From the human T2T-CHM13v2.0 reference genome, Homo sapiens, in assembly GCF_009914755.1 (NCBI RefSeq), contig NC_060936.1: 64,000 bases of DNA. The stretch is one strand, 5' to 3'. The notes under the pieces are model-generated. The model was given only the letters and a program-made list of their open reading frames with translations. It ran no database searches and was not told the origin of the DNA. Positions 1 through 18,400 of the stretch are shown here, piece after piece. How positions within the stretch are numbered: the first letter of the stretch is position 1; each line of letters starts with the position of its first letter. The position numbers were made by a program, and so were the translations under genes.

Positions 1-251
<251 letters not shown>

Positions 252-326
252 TCAAGAAAAGAAACAGGACAAGAAATTTGCAAGGGCATGGCCCCACCCA
301 GCACCCAAACCCGCTGCCAATCTTAC

Positions 327-396
327 CGAATGGTAGGCTGATCTCCACTCAGCTGCTTAAATCTCCGATGGAGCTGCTCGATCTGATCCGATGAGA
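327..396 (-). CDS. TESC: Tescalcin coding exon 2 (70 nt): (F)[22 protein letters not shown](R)
   Basis: On the minus strand: polypyrimidine tract and acceptor (ttctctctttcccccacttctcAG, AG at 398-397), the exon, then a CG|GTAAGA donor at 326. The peptide continues the tescalcin sequence in frame with exon 1. It is too short to appear in the ORF track. Confidence 0.96.
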
Positions 397-892
397 CTGA
401 GAAGTGGGGGAAAGAGAGAAAAACAAGACAGAAAAAAAAATCACTGACTGTCAGAGGGAGGCTGCAGATATTCTTTTGCCCCATCCCCACTGGCTGCCAC
501 ACCCCTTCTCAAAGCATCTCCCACCATGGCAAAAGCGAGTGCCGGGTGAAGCAGCAGAGAAAGGATTTCCCGTTCTTCCCAGAAACAGCTCTGCAGTCAT
601 CAGTTCCAACTGCCTTAGTAATAATAATACAACTATTACTAATAGCTCCTGAGACAGGGCAGTCATGAAGCAGGCCATTCTCCCAGCCTCTGACCTTACC
701 CAGCCCACTACAGAGAAACTTTGTTTTCTGTGGCAGGGTTTCACTTCCATCACTCAGGCTGGAGTACACTGGCACGACCTCGGCATCTCAGCTCACTGCA
801 GCCTCCACCTCCTGGGCTCCAGAGATCCTCCCACCTTGGCCTCCTGGGTAGCTGCAACTACAGGCAAGTGTCACCATGCCCGGCTAATTTTC

Positions 893-974
<82 letters not shown>

Positions 975-983
975 ATATATATA

Positions 984-1014
<31 letters not shown>

Positions 1015-1033
1015 GTATGTATATATATATATA
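893..1033. repeat. Compound (TG)n/(TA)n microsatellite inside the A-rich linker of an antisense Alu
   Basis: About 140 bp of TA/TG dinucleotides between the two arms of the Alu at ~725-1165. Confidence 0.95.
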
Positions 1034-3252
1034 TTTTTTTTTTTTAGAAATACAGGGTTTCACCATGTTGCCTAGGCTGGTCTCAAACTCCTGGACTCAA
1101 GCAGTCTGCCCGCCTCGGCCTCCCAAGGTGCTGAGACTGCAGGCATGAGCCACCACGCCCAGCCTAGAGAAAACTGCATCTGGTTGTCTGACTCTTCCTC
1201 TTCCACTCCAGAAGATGAGTTTTATCCTAGCCGAGAAAGGGGCTTTTTATAGTCACAGACTCAGAGTCAGATGAGTAGCGAGAGGAAATAAGGGTTCAGG
1301 CTGGTGTTGGACATGATCTGGGAAACCTACACTGAGAAATGTATGGAGAATCTGGTGGAGCAAAGAAATGGAAGGACTCCAATCTGGTGATGGGGTAAGA
1401 CCCTGTCTCTAAAAAATGCACAATATTAAACAATGATCTGCATTTCTCACTTCATTATCAAAACAACTCAATAAGTGAGTGGATATTATCTCAGGTATTT
1501 TGTTTGTTTTGAGACAGAGTCACACTCTGTCGCCCAGGCTAGAATGCAGTGGTGCAATCTCAGCTCATTGCCACCTCTGCCTCCGTGTTCCAGCGATTCT
1601 CGCGCCCCAGCCTCCCAAGTAGCTGGGATTACAGGCACGCGCCACCACGCCCAGCTAATTTTTATACGTTTAGCAGAGACGGGGTTTCGCCACGCTGGCC
1701 AGGCTGGTCTTGAACTCCTGACCTTGAGTGATCCGCCCACCGCAGCCTCCCAAAGTGCTGGGATTACAGGTGTGAACCATCACGCCCGGCCGTTATCTCA
1801 GTTTTATAATTTGAAAACTGCAGCTCAGAGAGCACGTAAGATCCCACAACACACAGAGGCAGAGCTGGGACTGAACTCCAAGTCTGTGCGACTGACCCCA
1901 AAGCCAGCCTTCACCAAGAAGTAATATCGCCTGTCTGCCCAGAGTACTTTGGCACTCAAGGACTTTAGGTCTGGTTCCTGGGGACTATATACAGTTCACA
2001 CAAACCTTTCCAAAACACGGGCTGGACTGCGGAGCTGTGACCTCCCACCTCAGTCCTCCCAGCATTCCCTACCCCTAAGCACTGTTTTGCTCCTGTTACA
2101 GAGGCAGCTAATTTCTGGGGCCAACTGGTCACCTCACTTCCTGCTCATTGTTTTTTGGCCTCAGGCTCTTCAAGAATCAACAGCTCAGTATTCTCAAGCA
2201 TCTCCAGCAGCTCGTTAAGGCTGTCAACCCAGACTGAGGGCTCTCTACTTCCTGTGGGCATGGCTCCAATGATCAGCTCATCTCTTCCTTTCAACACTCT
2301 AGGAGGGGGCTGTATCCTCTTGTTACAGATGTAGCCACTGACACTTGGAACGGTTAGGTGAATCATCAAAGTGCAATTTCTACCTTTCTGCAGGGAAATA
2401 TGGCCATTTAGATCATAGGTATGTCAGCAAGGACACTGGCTACTTCATGGCCTAGCAATTGCACTCCTAGGTATATACACAAATAACGCATACTTCTGTT
2501 CACCCAAGCATGCGTACAAAGATGTCATGGCGGTGCCATTGGAATCGTCCTAAACTGGAAACTACCCACATGCCCAACAATGGCAGAGTAGAGTGCTAAT
2601 GTGTAATATAGTCAAGCAATGGAATAGCACATGGCAGTGAAAATGAACAATATAGATAATCACAGACAAAAGCAGCCAGACAGGAAAGTGTACATACTTT
2701 ATGATTCTATTTGCATAAAGTTCAAAAACAGGCAAAACTCAACTACAATGTTAGAGGTCAAGATAGTGGCTGCTCTTAAGGGAGGCATCATAGATGACGC
2801 TAATATTGTAACTGACTTTTGGAGGATGAGATGAGGAGGAGTAACTTGAATGGAGTGCAAAGGGGAGTTCTGGGTACTAGGAATGTTCCATTTCTAGATC
2901 TCCGTACACTTTACATAGTCGTGTTCTCGGAAACCTCAAAGAGCTGTCTGTATGCTTGAGTGATGCACTGTTCTGGATATGCACTATATCACGACAAAAC
3001 ATTTACTAAAAAAAAAATGTGTTATTCCTCCCTGACTAAAGGAGATCTGGGAAGAGAAAAGAAAAATGAATAAAAATTTTTTAAAATTGTAATTCCACTT
3101 GGCAGGAATGTATCCTAAAAAATAATAGATGCAACACGTACAAAAACATGAATACATAAATGTGTTCAACTTTGCATTATTTAAAATAGCTTAAAATTCG
3201 ACTTGCCCTAAGTGACCATCAAAAGCAGATTGGGGCCGGGCACGGTGGCTCA

Positions 3253-3851
<599 letters not shown>

Positions 3852-4326
3852 TCATCTATATTTTCCCATTTTTCTCTAATGTACAATGTATATGTATTAG
3901 TCTTGTAATGAAGTTTTTCAGCCTACAACATGATCCCATCTGGATGGCTGAGGGATCTCATAAATACTGCTATTAATAAGTCATTCACTGGCTGAGTACT
4001 GTGTCCCAGGCACACATCATCTTCTTTAGTTCCTTCCATGACCCTATGAGGGACATGCTATTCCCGTTTTATAGAAGAATAAACTGAGGCTCAGAAGGGA
4101 TGTAACTTGCTCAAGGTCACTGACCTTGATAGAGGCAGACCCACAATTTGAACTTGGTCTGTCTGGCAGAAAACATGTAGTTCTGTGTTTTGTTTTCTTT
4201 TTTTTATTTGTCTGTCTCCTTTTGTATGATCACTTAACCCCCAAAACACACTGATCTGAAGATAAATAAGATTAGAAATTACAGCTAAACAGGTGCACCT
4301 AAACAACCACTATTAAAGATGAGTTA

Positions 4327-4704
<378 letters not shown>

Positions 4705-5253
4705 TCAGATGGACAAATCCTTAGGAACAGAAAGTACACCAGTGGCTGCCTGAGGCCAGGGAGGGGAGGGGCTGGAGAGGGAGAACAGGGAGACACTGTC
4801 AATGGGCACTGGAGTTTCTTTTAGAGAGAGATAAAAATGTTCCAAAATTATATTGTTTTGATGGTTGCATAACCCTGTGATTATACTAAAACTATGGGGT
4901 TCAATTTAAATGGGGGTGAATCTCATGGTGTGTGAATTATATCTCAATAAAGCTATTTAAAAAATAAATTACATGCATAATCATAACAACAAGGGCAGAC
5001 ATTAACTGAGCATTTACCGTTTCCTGGCCTCTGTGTTCAACTACTTGGATAAGCCTGGGCTGGTACAACCCTCTCCTTAGTTCTGTTAGGTAGGTATGAT
5101 TCTACGCCCATTCTAGAGATGAGAACTCTGGGATGTGCCCAAGGTCCCACAGCTAGGAAGAGGTATATAAATCATCCTAGATCAAGGTTATCTAATGAAG
5201 AGTTTCCAGTTAACAGTATCCAAAGTGCACGCAAGGCTGGGTGCGGTGGCTCA

Positions 5254-5646
<393 letters not shown>

Positions 5647-6199
5647 TCACAGCTCAGGGAAGACTCCTCTGGCACAGTAACTGAGAGAAAGGATGATTTC
5701 CGAAGCCTCAGGAACTGACTTTCAGAACACCCCAGGCCCTGGCAGGTGGAGCTGGTCTAACCCAACATGTCTGGTGAGCTGCTTCCTCCTAACTGCGCCC
5801 CCCCAACCCCTTCCCTGCCCCCACACCCGGGCTGACCCTGGGCCCCCAACAGGGCCCCTCGCATAAGCACCTGATGCATGTCTGCCTGCATCAGGGCCCC
5901 AAAGCCCACGGAAGGACCTGCCTTTTCCTCAAGGGCTCCTGGGTTGGTAGCTTTTCCAGTTTCCTTGCTCCTCACCTCTGAGCCCTTCTCCAGGGCCCTG
6001 AGGTCACAGTTGCCATGCGGATGATGGGCAGAATGGGCTTTGGTTCCTGGCAGCTGGACCTCATTATTTCTGGTTTTAGATTTCAACCTGAGGGAAATGC
6101 ACACCAGTCCATGGGGCTGGTGGGAGTTTAACTGGCCTAATCTTTTGGAGATGGAGGTGAACTGTCACTTTGTATCATAAACTTCAACGTGAAGGAACA

Positions 6200-6545
6200 C
6201 ACCTGGCCTGTCCAAGTGGCTGCTAAGCCCTTGAAGGTGGTAAGCCCAGACTGAGATGGGCTGAAGTGGAAACCACACACCAGCCTGCCAAGACTAAGTA
6301 CAAAAAAGAACACAGACAACTGCAATAACTTTTGATATTGATCATATGGTAAAAATGATCATTTTTAAATATAATGGGCTAAATAAAATACACTATTAAA
6401 ATTCATCTCACCATTAATTTCTTTACTTGTCTTAATGTGGCCACGAGAAAATTTAGAATTATATTACATAATGTAATTACATTACAGCTACTAGAAAATT
6501 TACCATGATTACACCTCACATTATTATTTGTGTTGGGCAGCGTTG
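6200..6545. mobile_element. hAT-Charlie DNA transposon remnant (MER3/MER33-like)
   Basis: Resembles the MER33 consensus (gggctaaataaaat..tattaaaatt, aatgtggc..agaaaattta). Confidence 0.6.
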
Positions 6546-6670
6546 GTATATACCCTTTGAATCAGAACTTGATCCCTAGGAACAAATCCTGAGGAATTAA
6601 GACAGGCGTATAAAGATGAACAGATGAGGGTAATCAAGGTTGCCTGTTTAGAACAGTAAGAAACTGGGGG

Positions 6671-7565
<895 letters not shown>

Positions 7566-7959
7566 AAATTGGGGGAAATACTGAGCCACAGAAAATGAGA
7601 CAGATGAGTCCTGGTACATCCTGAAGTCAGAATACTACACAGCCTTTATAAATATTTTTTGAATATTGTGGGACATCGGAAAATGTCATATGGCATGTTG
7701 TTGCACGGAAAATCCAACAGACTAAGATCTCATTTACACGTGAAAGTTCATATTGATATACACATGTGCACAAGAAAAAATAGAAAAGGGTATACAACAA
7801 AATAATAGTAGTCAGTTGTTTTCAGATGGTAGAATTACAGAACATTTTTCTCCTCCTCCCTTTGACCCTAAATTTGGTTATCTGTCCCTTAACTTTTCTG
7901 CAATTTACGGAGATTACTTGTATAATTGTATTTGGGTTAAAATTTTTTTAACCATGATG

Positions 7960-9275
<1,316 letters not shown>

Positions 9276-12200
9276 TTTAACCTTGGGGATGAAGGGGCAA
9301 TAGAAGCCAATTCCTTCCTCAGATGCTGTCAAGGTGGGGTTGAGAATTTCAGTGTCTCCAGGGTCAGAAAGGCATGAAGTGAGAGAAGGGGCCCGTGCAG
9401 GCATGAACTGGAGTCCCACCCTGTCGAAGGGGCTGCCACCGTTCCCTCCAGCCAGTTGCTGCCATGGGAGGCCAGATTTTCCCCTTTCATTAAGAGGAGG
9501 CAGAAATCCGCTGGGTTAAAAAATATTGGCAATCGACTGCAAAGGGTTCTGAATGCTGGGGTAAGCGCATTGCCTGCCTGGCCCTGGCCTCCCCCATCAG
9601 GCTGTGGGGACCTGCTTGCAGCCCTGCTGTGCTGAGCAAGGCATCACCAGTGGGAGGAGAGCCACACAGGGTAGGGGGTCAAGGACAATGGTCCAGAACA
9701 GGGAGGATGGGAGGGGCCCAGGAGCAGAGGAGCAGGCCTGAAATCCACCCTGGAGTCCAGCCTCCCTCCCCTGACTCAGGAGGAAAGAGAATGTCAGCAT
9801 GCGCTCCCATCCATTTTGGGGCACCAGGACTCTGTGAGCCTGTAGTCCCAGGACCCAGATGAGGGGCATGCACACCACTGCCTCCTCTTCCCACAACCCC
9901 TGCTGGCCCCCAGGAGTGTGTGGGCCCTGAGGGGCACCCCCAAGGCCCCACCTGTGCTTGCATGGCCCTCTGAGCACCTCTGGTTTGCTAGGTGCTTGCT
10001 AGAGGCCAGGAAAGCAGATGCAAAAAGCGCAGCCCCACTCTGCTAGAAATGCACATCCCCTCGCCAGGATCCAGGACAGTAAACGCTGCTTCAGCTGGCC
10101 AAGGGGCACCAGGGTTGCAGCGGAGGTTCTAGGCCACGGGGATGGGAGCAGGAGGTGATGCCCAATGGGGTTCTGGGGGTGGGGTGGACAGGGCTGGCAG
10201 AAGGCATAGCCTTGGCAGAGGCAGAACACACAGGGCTCAGGGAGCCTCGGGCTCTTCAGTGTGGGTAGAAAACAGGCAGGGAATGAAGCAGCTGGGGTGG
10301 TGGGGGCGTGAAGGCCTCATCTATCAGTCCAGGACATTTGGACTTGCCCTGAGTCTACAGAGGACACCAAGCCAGGGAACGAGATCTGAAGTGCCCGGCA
10401 ATAGACAGCGTGGGTGTGGATGAGACTGAGAGACAGCAGGTGCAGCCGCCCAGGGTGAGGGTCGGGAAGGCAGAAGGTGGAAGGGCTCAGGGCAAGGCCC
10501 CACTGGAAGAAGCAAGCACAGCTGAGAGCCTTCTCCCGTGCCCCAGGGACTCCCCAAGCCACCCTGCCTCCCACTGGCCCCACCAGCTGTGCCAGCCTGG
10601 ATGCCAGCCCCAGGACACCAAGGGGCATCACTGGGGGGCTCAGTGACTTCCAAGACCCCAGCTCTCTCCTGCTTGCCACCTCTTGAAAGATTGGCCAGGA
10701 CTCAACCCAAACACTGGGGAAATCCCGGAATACAGAGGTGAGCCAGGCTGGATGGAAAGGTGAGCTCCTGACAGTGCTGCCGGGGGAGGCTGCTGTGAGT
10801 CTCTGCTATGCATCCCACTCAGCTGTCACCCTGAACTCATGAGGCTGCTTCCTCCTCCGTGATACAGAGGTGACAACGGGATGTCCTCCCTTGTGAGGTT
10901 GTTCATGTCATGAAAAACCACCACAAGCTATTCACAATCACAACCACCAACATGGCAACTACTCAATGTCCAACAACTGGTGAGTGCAAAAACAAAATGG
11001 GTATATCCAGGTGATGAGATGTTATAAAGCAATACAAAAGGAGGCAGCCCTGTCATACTCCAAGAAGGGATAACACTAGATATACAAGGCCAGCCTACTG
11101 CAGGATGCTATTTACATGAAATGCCCCAGACAGGCAGATCCACACAGGCAGAACACAGATTAGTGGTCGCCAGGGGCTGGGAGAGGAGGAAATGGGGAGT
11201 GACTGCTAATGGGTATGAGGTTTTTTGGAGGGCGATGAAAATGCTCTAGAAATAGATACGGTGATGTTTTCAAATCATTGTGAATGTACTTAATGCCAAT
11301 GAATTATACACTTTAATTTTTTTTTTTTTAATAGGGATGGGGTTTCACCATGTTGGCCAGGCTGGTCTCAAACTGCTGACCTCAAGTGATCTGCCCACCT
11401 CGGCCTCCCAAAGTGCTGGGATTACAAGCATGAGCCACTGCTCCTGGCCTGAACTGTATACTTTAAAATGGTTACAATGTTAACTTTTTTTTGAGACAGG
11501 GTCTCTCGCTCTGTCACCCAGGTGGATGGAGTGCAGTGGCACGATCACAGCTCACAGCAGCCTCAAACTCCTGGACTCAAGTGATCCTCCCTGCCTCAGC
11601 CTCCCGAGTAGCTGGGACTACAGGTGCACACCACAGCACCCAGCTAATTTTTTTAATTTTTCTTTTGTAGAGACAGGGTCTTGCTATGTTGCCCAGGCTG
11701 GTCTCGAACTCCTGGCCTCAAGTGATCCTTCCACCTCAGCCTCCCAAAGTGCTGAGATTACAGGTGTGAGCCACAGCGCCCAACCTAAAATGGTAAATTT
11801 TATATTACATGAATTTTGCATCAATTTTTAAAGAGATCATGCACACCCTTAGCACAGGATCTGGTAGGAGACGTAGGAGATGCAGGAGACGCTGGGGTTG
11901 CTGGGACTGTTATTATTGTTCCCTAAGTAATCCTGTGATACCATCATGGCTGTTCAGCTGGATTCAAGCTCACCAGGGACGCAGCAACTTGCATGCCTCC
12001 TGCGGCTACAGCCAAAACAATGACTAACCCTGGGCCTTGGGAGGGAGGCAGGGAGGGACAGCCTCCTTAGCCTTGCAGGGGCCACTCCACAGGGGACTAC
12101 CCTCTCATGCCTGGCACACGCAGGGCACTTCATGATGCTGGATGCTGGCTCCTCTCCTTCACCTGCCTTTTCCTTGGATGCCATGTGCTGAACTCGTATA

Positions 12201-12665
12201 CACCATAGATCACTCTTAGCTGCTGGGATGTTAAAATTAACCAAAGATGCATTTGGGTGCACTTGGCCTTGAGAAGGAAGCTCTCAAACCCAATTCTGTC
12301 CTTCAGAGCAGCAGCAGCAGCAGCTTGAAGATTAATTGCTGGCATTTATGCAGCACCTTAATACCCTTTTTCATGCCAACTTCAACCCACTTTGTAAGTG
12401 TGAAAGCCAAGGAATTCCTGGTAAGAGCTGCCACAGGCCCACGTCAGCAGTGTTTATTTCAACCTCGGATACCAAGGGTCCTGTTAGGATCTCTGCGGGT
12501 TTTTTCCTACCCTGAATGAATCCTCCAATTCTCAGGACTGAAGGGGAAGCTGGGACAGAGTGAATTGACTTTAGAATCTACTCTTCTCTCATGAGCAATA
12601 AGGCAACTGAGAAAGCTGTCAGAGTGGGTGCTCGTGACTTTAAAAATCACAGTCTGTTTCGCTCA

Positions 12666-12989
<324 letters not shown>

Positions 12990-13618
12990 TTAGGGTGCCT
13001 CCCTTTAGGGCCATGCCTCCCTTTTAGGGTGGTAATCACACCCATTTTATAGATAAAGAAACTGAGTCTCAGAGAGGCTAAGTCACTCCCTGAAGGTCAC
13101 ACAGCTAGGAGCAGCAGAACTGGGATTTAGACCGAGGTCCATGACTTTAGATTCTATTTGCATAGCCATTGGCTAGGCTGTATGCCCAAACTGAGGAGGG
13201 ATGGAACAATAAATACATATCATTTATGTAATTAGAGAAAAATTTCTCCATTTTAATAAAAAGACTAAAGATGATGAAGGGGGAAAAAAGCAACAGTGAA
13301 TCAGGAAAGATTTTGAGAGTGGGCGAGTGGGTGTCTTTCAGAGCATCTAAGAAACAGGTTTTCACAGCCTTCCAGAACTATCTTCAGTTCCAGATTTATC
13401 CTGAGGCCAAATCAAGCATAAACAGGCTTATCTAAAGTACAAGGTTGGCCGGGCACAGTGGCTCATGCCTGTAATCCCAGCGCTTTGGGAGACTGAGGCG
13501 GGTGCATCACTGGAGGCCAGGAGTTTGAGACCAGCCTGGCCAACATGGCAAAACCCCGTCTCTACTAAAAATACAAAAATTAGCTGGGCGTGGCGGCGCA
13601 TGCCTGTAATCCCAGCTA

Positions 13619-13726
<108 letters not shown>

Positions 13727-13789
13727 TCAAAAAAAAAAAAAAAATGTACAAGGCTTACTTCAGTAGGACACTTAGATCAGGAATTTCAG

Positions 13790-15480
13790 GTCCTGCTACT
13801 TGGATATAATACAGATTCTACCTTCCATTACAAACACTGGATAAAACAAGAAACAAATGTAATGTCCAGCTAAATGGAAGGAAAGGGCAATACCCAAGTG
13901 CCAGGGGCAAGGAAGAGACCAGGAACCAGCAGGGTTAGTGACAGATGCTGCTGAGGTGGCCCAGGTGTTAGAATGGTTTCAGGCTCCAACAGCTAAGGGT
14001 GGGGACTTCAAGTCCACTGAGTGACAGAAGAGGCCTTGGGTCTGCATGAACTGGAGCTGAGACCCCTCTAAAAAGCTGAAATACAAAAGGCTGCCTCTGC
14101 ACATCAGGTGGGTCAGAAAAAACGTTCCCCACTGGCCCAGAGAATAATAAGACAGCCATCTCTGCTAGGGAGACGGCAGGGGAAAGAGCAGGCTTCTGCA
14201 ATGAATCCAAACTCCAAGACTGAGCCACACACTGGTGAAAAATCCAAGTCTCTGTGGGGCAGGAGACCCAAACCAAGGAGTTAATGTGAAAAGTGTTTTC
14301 AGACTGGTGAAAAGCTTGAGACACCTAGCACAAGAAATGCAAATGCACTGTGTAAGGCTCTTCTAAAACCCAGGGCACACAGGAATCCTGTGGGGTGGTA
14401 GGGGGAAGGGCCAAGGGGAGTTGGGAAAAAGCCCAAAGATGAGCTTATAATCAAAAAACCAAACCATACAAGCAAATGAACCACCATAAGGGAGAACAGC
14501 AGACACAATTAACAAAAGGAATAGCACTCCAAGAAGGCAAAACAGAAGAGACTATATAGTAGGCTTTAAATTATTACAAACAATGGAAGAACCATACCCT
14601 ATGAAAAAGAGGTGAATTTGAAAACTATATAGCACTTATAAACTTTTTTTATAAGTCATTGCAATTTTTTGAAATTTAATAGGTTAAGGCAGCAAGGTTG
14701 TAATAGCTGAAGAGAGAATTAGTGAACTGGAAGATGGATCTAAGGAAATGACCCAGCTGAAATAAAAAGAAAATATGAAAGAAAGATTAAGAGGCATGCA
14801 GACAGAATGAGATGAACCAACATTTGTCTAATAGGAATTACTAATGAAGAAGATAAAGAGAAAGGGGAGAGATAATATTTTCATAATGGAAGATATGATC
14901 TTTCTTTAGAATCAAACAACATAAACCATTCCCAGGATAAATAAAAATAAATCCACACCCAGACATAGCATGTACAAAACACCAATGACAAAAATTTTAA
15001 AACAGGGAAAAGGGAAAATAGGTTTCTACAAAGAAATGTCGATTAGACTAACAGCTGATTTCTCAACAGCAACAAGACCAAAAACGAATCGCTGAAAAAA
15101 AAAAAATCCAGCAACCTTATATTTTACACACAGCCAAATGTTCATTCATGCATGCCTGCAAAATAACAATATTTCCAAAGTTTACAACTCACAGAGCCTC
15201 ACTGAAAAATCTACAGAAACATGCATTAAATAAGAAAACTATATCCATAAGGAAGAGTGGTTGCAAGAATTAATAGTGTCTGCATAGAATAATAATGAAT
15301 ATGTAGGTTCTTAAGTACTATGGAGTGATACAAATTAAAGTACATTAAGGTCCCCAATTATGAGCACAAGGGCAGAGATGGTGATTAAGTTTAGGCATGT
15401 CCAAGATAGCAGACATATAAAAAATGAAATGAATTACTAAAAAAAGTTATAGCATGCCTTTTAAAAGGAGATACATAGCC
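13790..15480 (+). mobile_element. Ancient L1 (L1M-type) 5' region and degraded ORF1
   Basis: Remnant ORF1p peptides EERISELED (from 14709), NICLIGI, TPRH and IRLTADFS in A-rich sequence with stops and frameshifts. Confidence 0.75.
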
Positions 15481-18400
15481 AGCTCCTGAAGTGTTCCCAG
15501 TTGAAATGATTAGTAACTGCCAGTAACTCTCAAGCACTGAGGATGGGTCAAGAGCTTTGCCCAAATTCTAACTTAATCCTCGCAACATTCAGTGAAACAG
15601 GTTCTATTTTTGCTGTCATTTTACAGATGAAGAAACTGAGGCTCAGGGAGGCAAAGTGCTTTGCCTAGACAGTAAGAGGCAATACCATGATATAAACCCA
15701 CATCTATCTGCTGGAAAAGGACAGGTGGTGAGAAGCCACCTGTGTGCCATAGTGGGACTCTGGCTGAGGTCCTTGGGGGGATGCAGGCAAGGGCAAGAAC
15801 CCCCTTAGAACTACCAGGTGGGTGAGGCCTGCAAAGTGCTGGGTATTTGCTCAGGGTTCTCTGATCATTGGGATTCTGGCACAGGTGCTCAGGAGGAGCT
15901 TAGGGAACCCTCTTCCAACCTCAGCACCTGGGGCAAGCTGGCCTCTGCAGCCCACCTTTGGCCTCTACAGCCCCCCTTTGAGGACTGCTGTCTCCGGCCT
16001 GGCCACCTGCCCTCCTCCTGGAGGCACCTGGGCCCTGAGACCTCCACTAACCTGCCAGGGAGCAGTGCCAAGAACGGAAGGCTTGCTCCTGACAGAGTGC
16101 CGGTCTGCAAAGGTCACACTGCTGGGACGACAAAGAGCCTTTTTGTCCTAGTGCTCCGTGGCCACCACCACCAGCGGAAATCACCCACTCGACCTTCTGG
16201 TTTTATAAATTAATAATTAAGCTGGAGCAGGCAACAGGAAGGCTGGCAGGACCAGGGGTGCCCAGGCCCTCACCCTGTACAGTCACACCAGCATGGACAA
16301 AAGAACAAAAGAGGCCCTGAGTTTTCTTCCCAGAACTGTGAGCCCTTCTGAGCTGAAAACACCTCATTCCCTCAGCTCGAGATAACAGATCCTAAAGTGC
16401 TTTGCAAAGGGAAGAGCATCTTATCAACACCCAGGTTATTCTGTTTGTCTTACTGGGCCGTATGGCATGTCTGAGAGTTGATTAAATTTCCACGATACAT
16501 TCTGGAGACCATTAACTCACAAAAAAATATCCTGCCAGGATGGCAGTAGGGGAGGCAAGAAAGAAAGATGCAGCGGGGATCTAATTACCACCAATCTGCG
16601 GAGCGAGGACGTCTTGGAGAGGACTGCCAGTGGCTTGCACAGAGAAAACACAAATTCTTTTGAAACAGACCTGAGCCACCCAGTGAGACCCTAGGAAACA
16701 GAGGGGGCGGCACCCTCCTGCCTCTTCCTCCCAGCCGTGGTCCCCACTCCCCTCCCACTGCCCACTACTGAGCTTGTTCTCCCTGGGGGCAACCCACCTA
16801 GATTCCAGAACTTTCCACATCACCCAGAACCAATCCTATCTGCCTCAAGGTTCAGTTCTCCCCTTGCCGACTTGGTAAACAATGTGTGGAACTCTACTGA
16901 CGAGGTTGTGGGGTAACAGCATGGCCTCCCCCAGATCACACAGATGTGCCGACTCTCAGAGTCTCAGTCCAGAGCATGTGGGGTTCTCGGCATGCGGGAG
17001 AGGCGGTTTCTCCCGGCACTGCACTTGGCAAATCCCACTAGAAGGCCTGGTTTTGAGTCTGGATTCCCTACCCAGCAACTAAGTGATCTTGGGCAGTCAT
17101 TTCCTCTGTCCAAACCTCAGTTTGCCCATCTATAAACTGGCAGCAATAGTCCCACCCTCAAAGGGCTTTTCGGCAGATCAGATGATTGACAAGTGCTCAA
17201 GAAAGAGCAGCTGTCACCTCATTCACAGCTGGCTGCGTTTTTTAAGGAGCGGAACTGGTGGCTCAAAGAAGGACACAGCCTGGATGAGACATCTGAGCGA
17301 AGTGGCACAGGACGGCTCCAGCACCGAGCTCAGTGCACATGGAACGCCATCCTCCAGGGTCCCGCTCTGTGGCTGCGACAGATGGTGAGATGATGGGGCC
17401 CAGGTGAACAGAATGAAAAATACCAGCATGGGCTAGAGCAGGCAGGTGCCTTTGGTTGATCCCCAGCCCTGTGGGAAGCTTCCACAGCGGGCATTCTCCT
17501 GCAAGTTTCCCCTGTGAGCCCCCAGAGAGGAGGGCAGGGGAGGCCTGGAAGCCCCCATCCAGTCAAGGCAGAAAGGGTTCCAGAGGCTGGGGGGGTCCCA
17601 TGATCTGGACCACTTTGTGGATGACTCCAGGCCAGGGTCTCCCCCCGCCCCAGAGCTCAGCATACAGGACTGGTCCTTCCCCCTGGTTTCACGGACACAT
17701 TCATTCCTCCTCTGCTGAGGAGCCACTGTCTGAGGAGGGAGCCTGAGGTGGGAGGATCACTTGAGCCTTGGAGTTAGAGGCTGCAGTGAACTGTGATTGC
17801 ACCACTATGCTCCAGCCTGGGCAACAGAGCAGGGCCATCTCAAAAACAAATTAATTTTAAACAATCAATAAAAGTAATTGTTTGAATCATTTTCTTACTG
17901 AGGCATGATTTCCATACAATGGAAAACACTTCACTGTTCAGAGACCCTAACAAGGGCAGAGGGCCCTCCCCAGAGGCACTCAGACAATTCCACATCCTAT
18001 TTCATGGGGTTCATGGACTCCCTGAAGATGCCAGGGGAAAAGCCACAACCTAGCCCAGAGGAAGAGAAAAGGCACGGGGGACTGGCTGGTTGGCTGTTCA
18101 GCTTACCAAGCTTTGGCGGACGACAGAACAGTGTGGAGCTGGCTGGTCCACCCTGGCCCATCAGACCCTTCCTCCCGCTATGCTACAGTTGTTGGGGTGC
18201 TCCCCTGTCCCCCTGGAACCCCTGAGCTTCTGGAGGGCAGGGACCGCATCTGGTCCACCCTGGTAGCAGAATATGGCAATTGGTGAATGAGCCGAGGCCA
18301 CCGTCTGAGGCCACTTAAAGACTTTAGAACCAAGAAGTATTACCCAGGGGCGAGAACGCAGTGGAGAAACCAGCGCCACCCCCACCAGCCACGCTTGGCT

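Noticed and set aside
665-1148. ORFs with YIYIYI/VCVY runs
   Set aside because: Translation of an Alu plus a (TA)n/(TG)n microsatellite.
12306-12325. (GCA/CAG)n run as a possible polyglutamine or expansion locus
   Set aside because: Only about 5-6 units, intronic, with no exon context.
14700-15260. Possible functional L1 ORF1 or domesticated gene
   Set aside because: Only short peptide remnants remain, with multiple stops and frameshifts.
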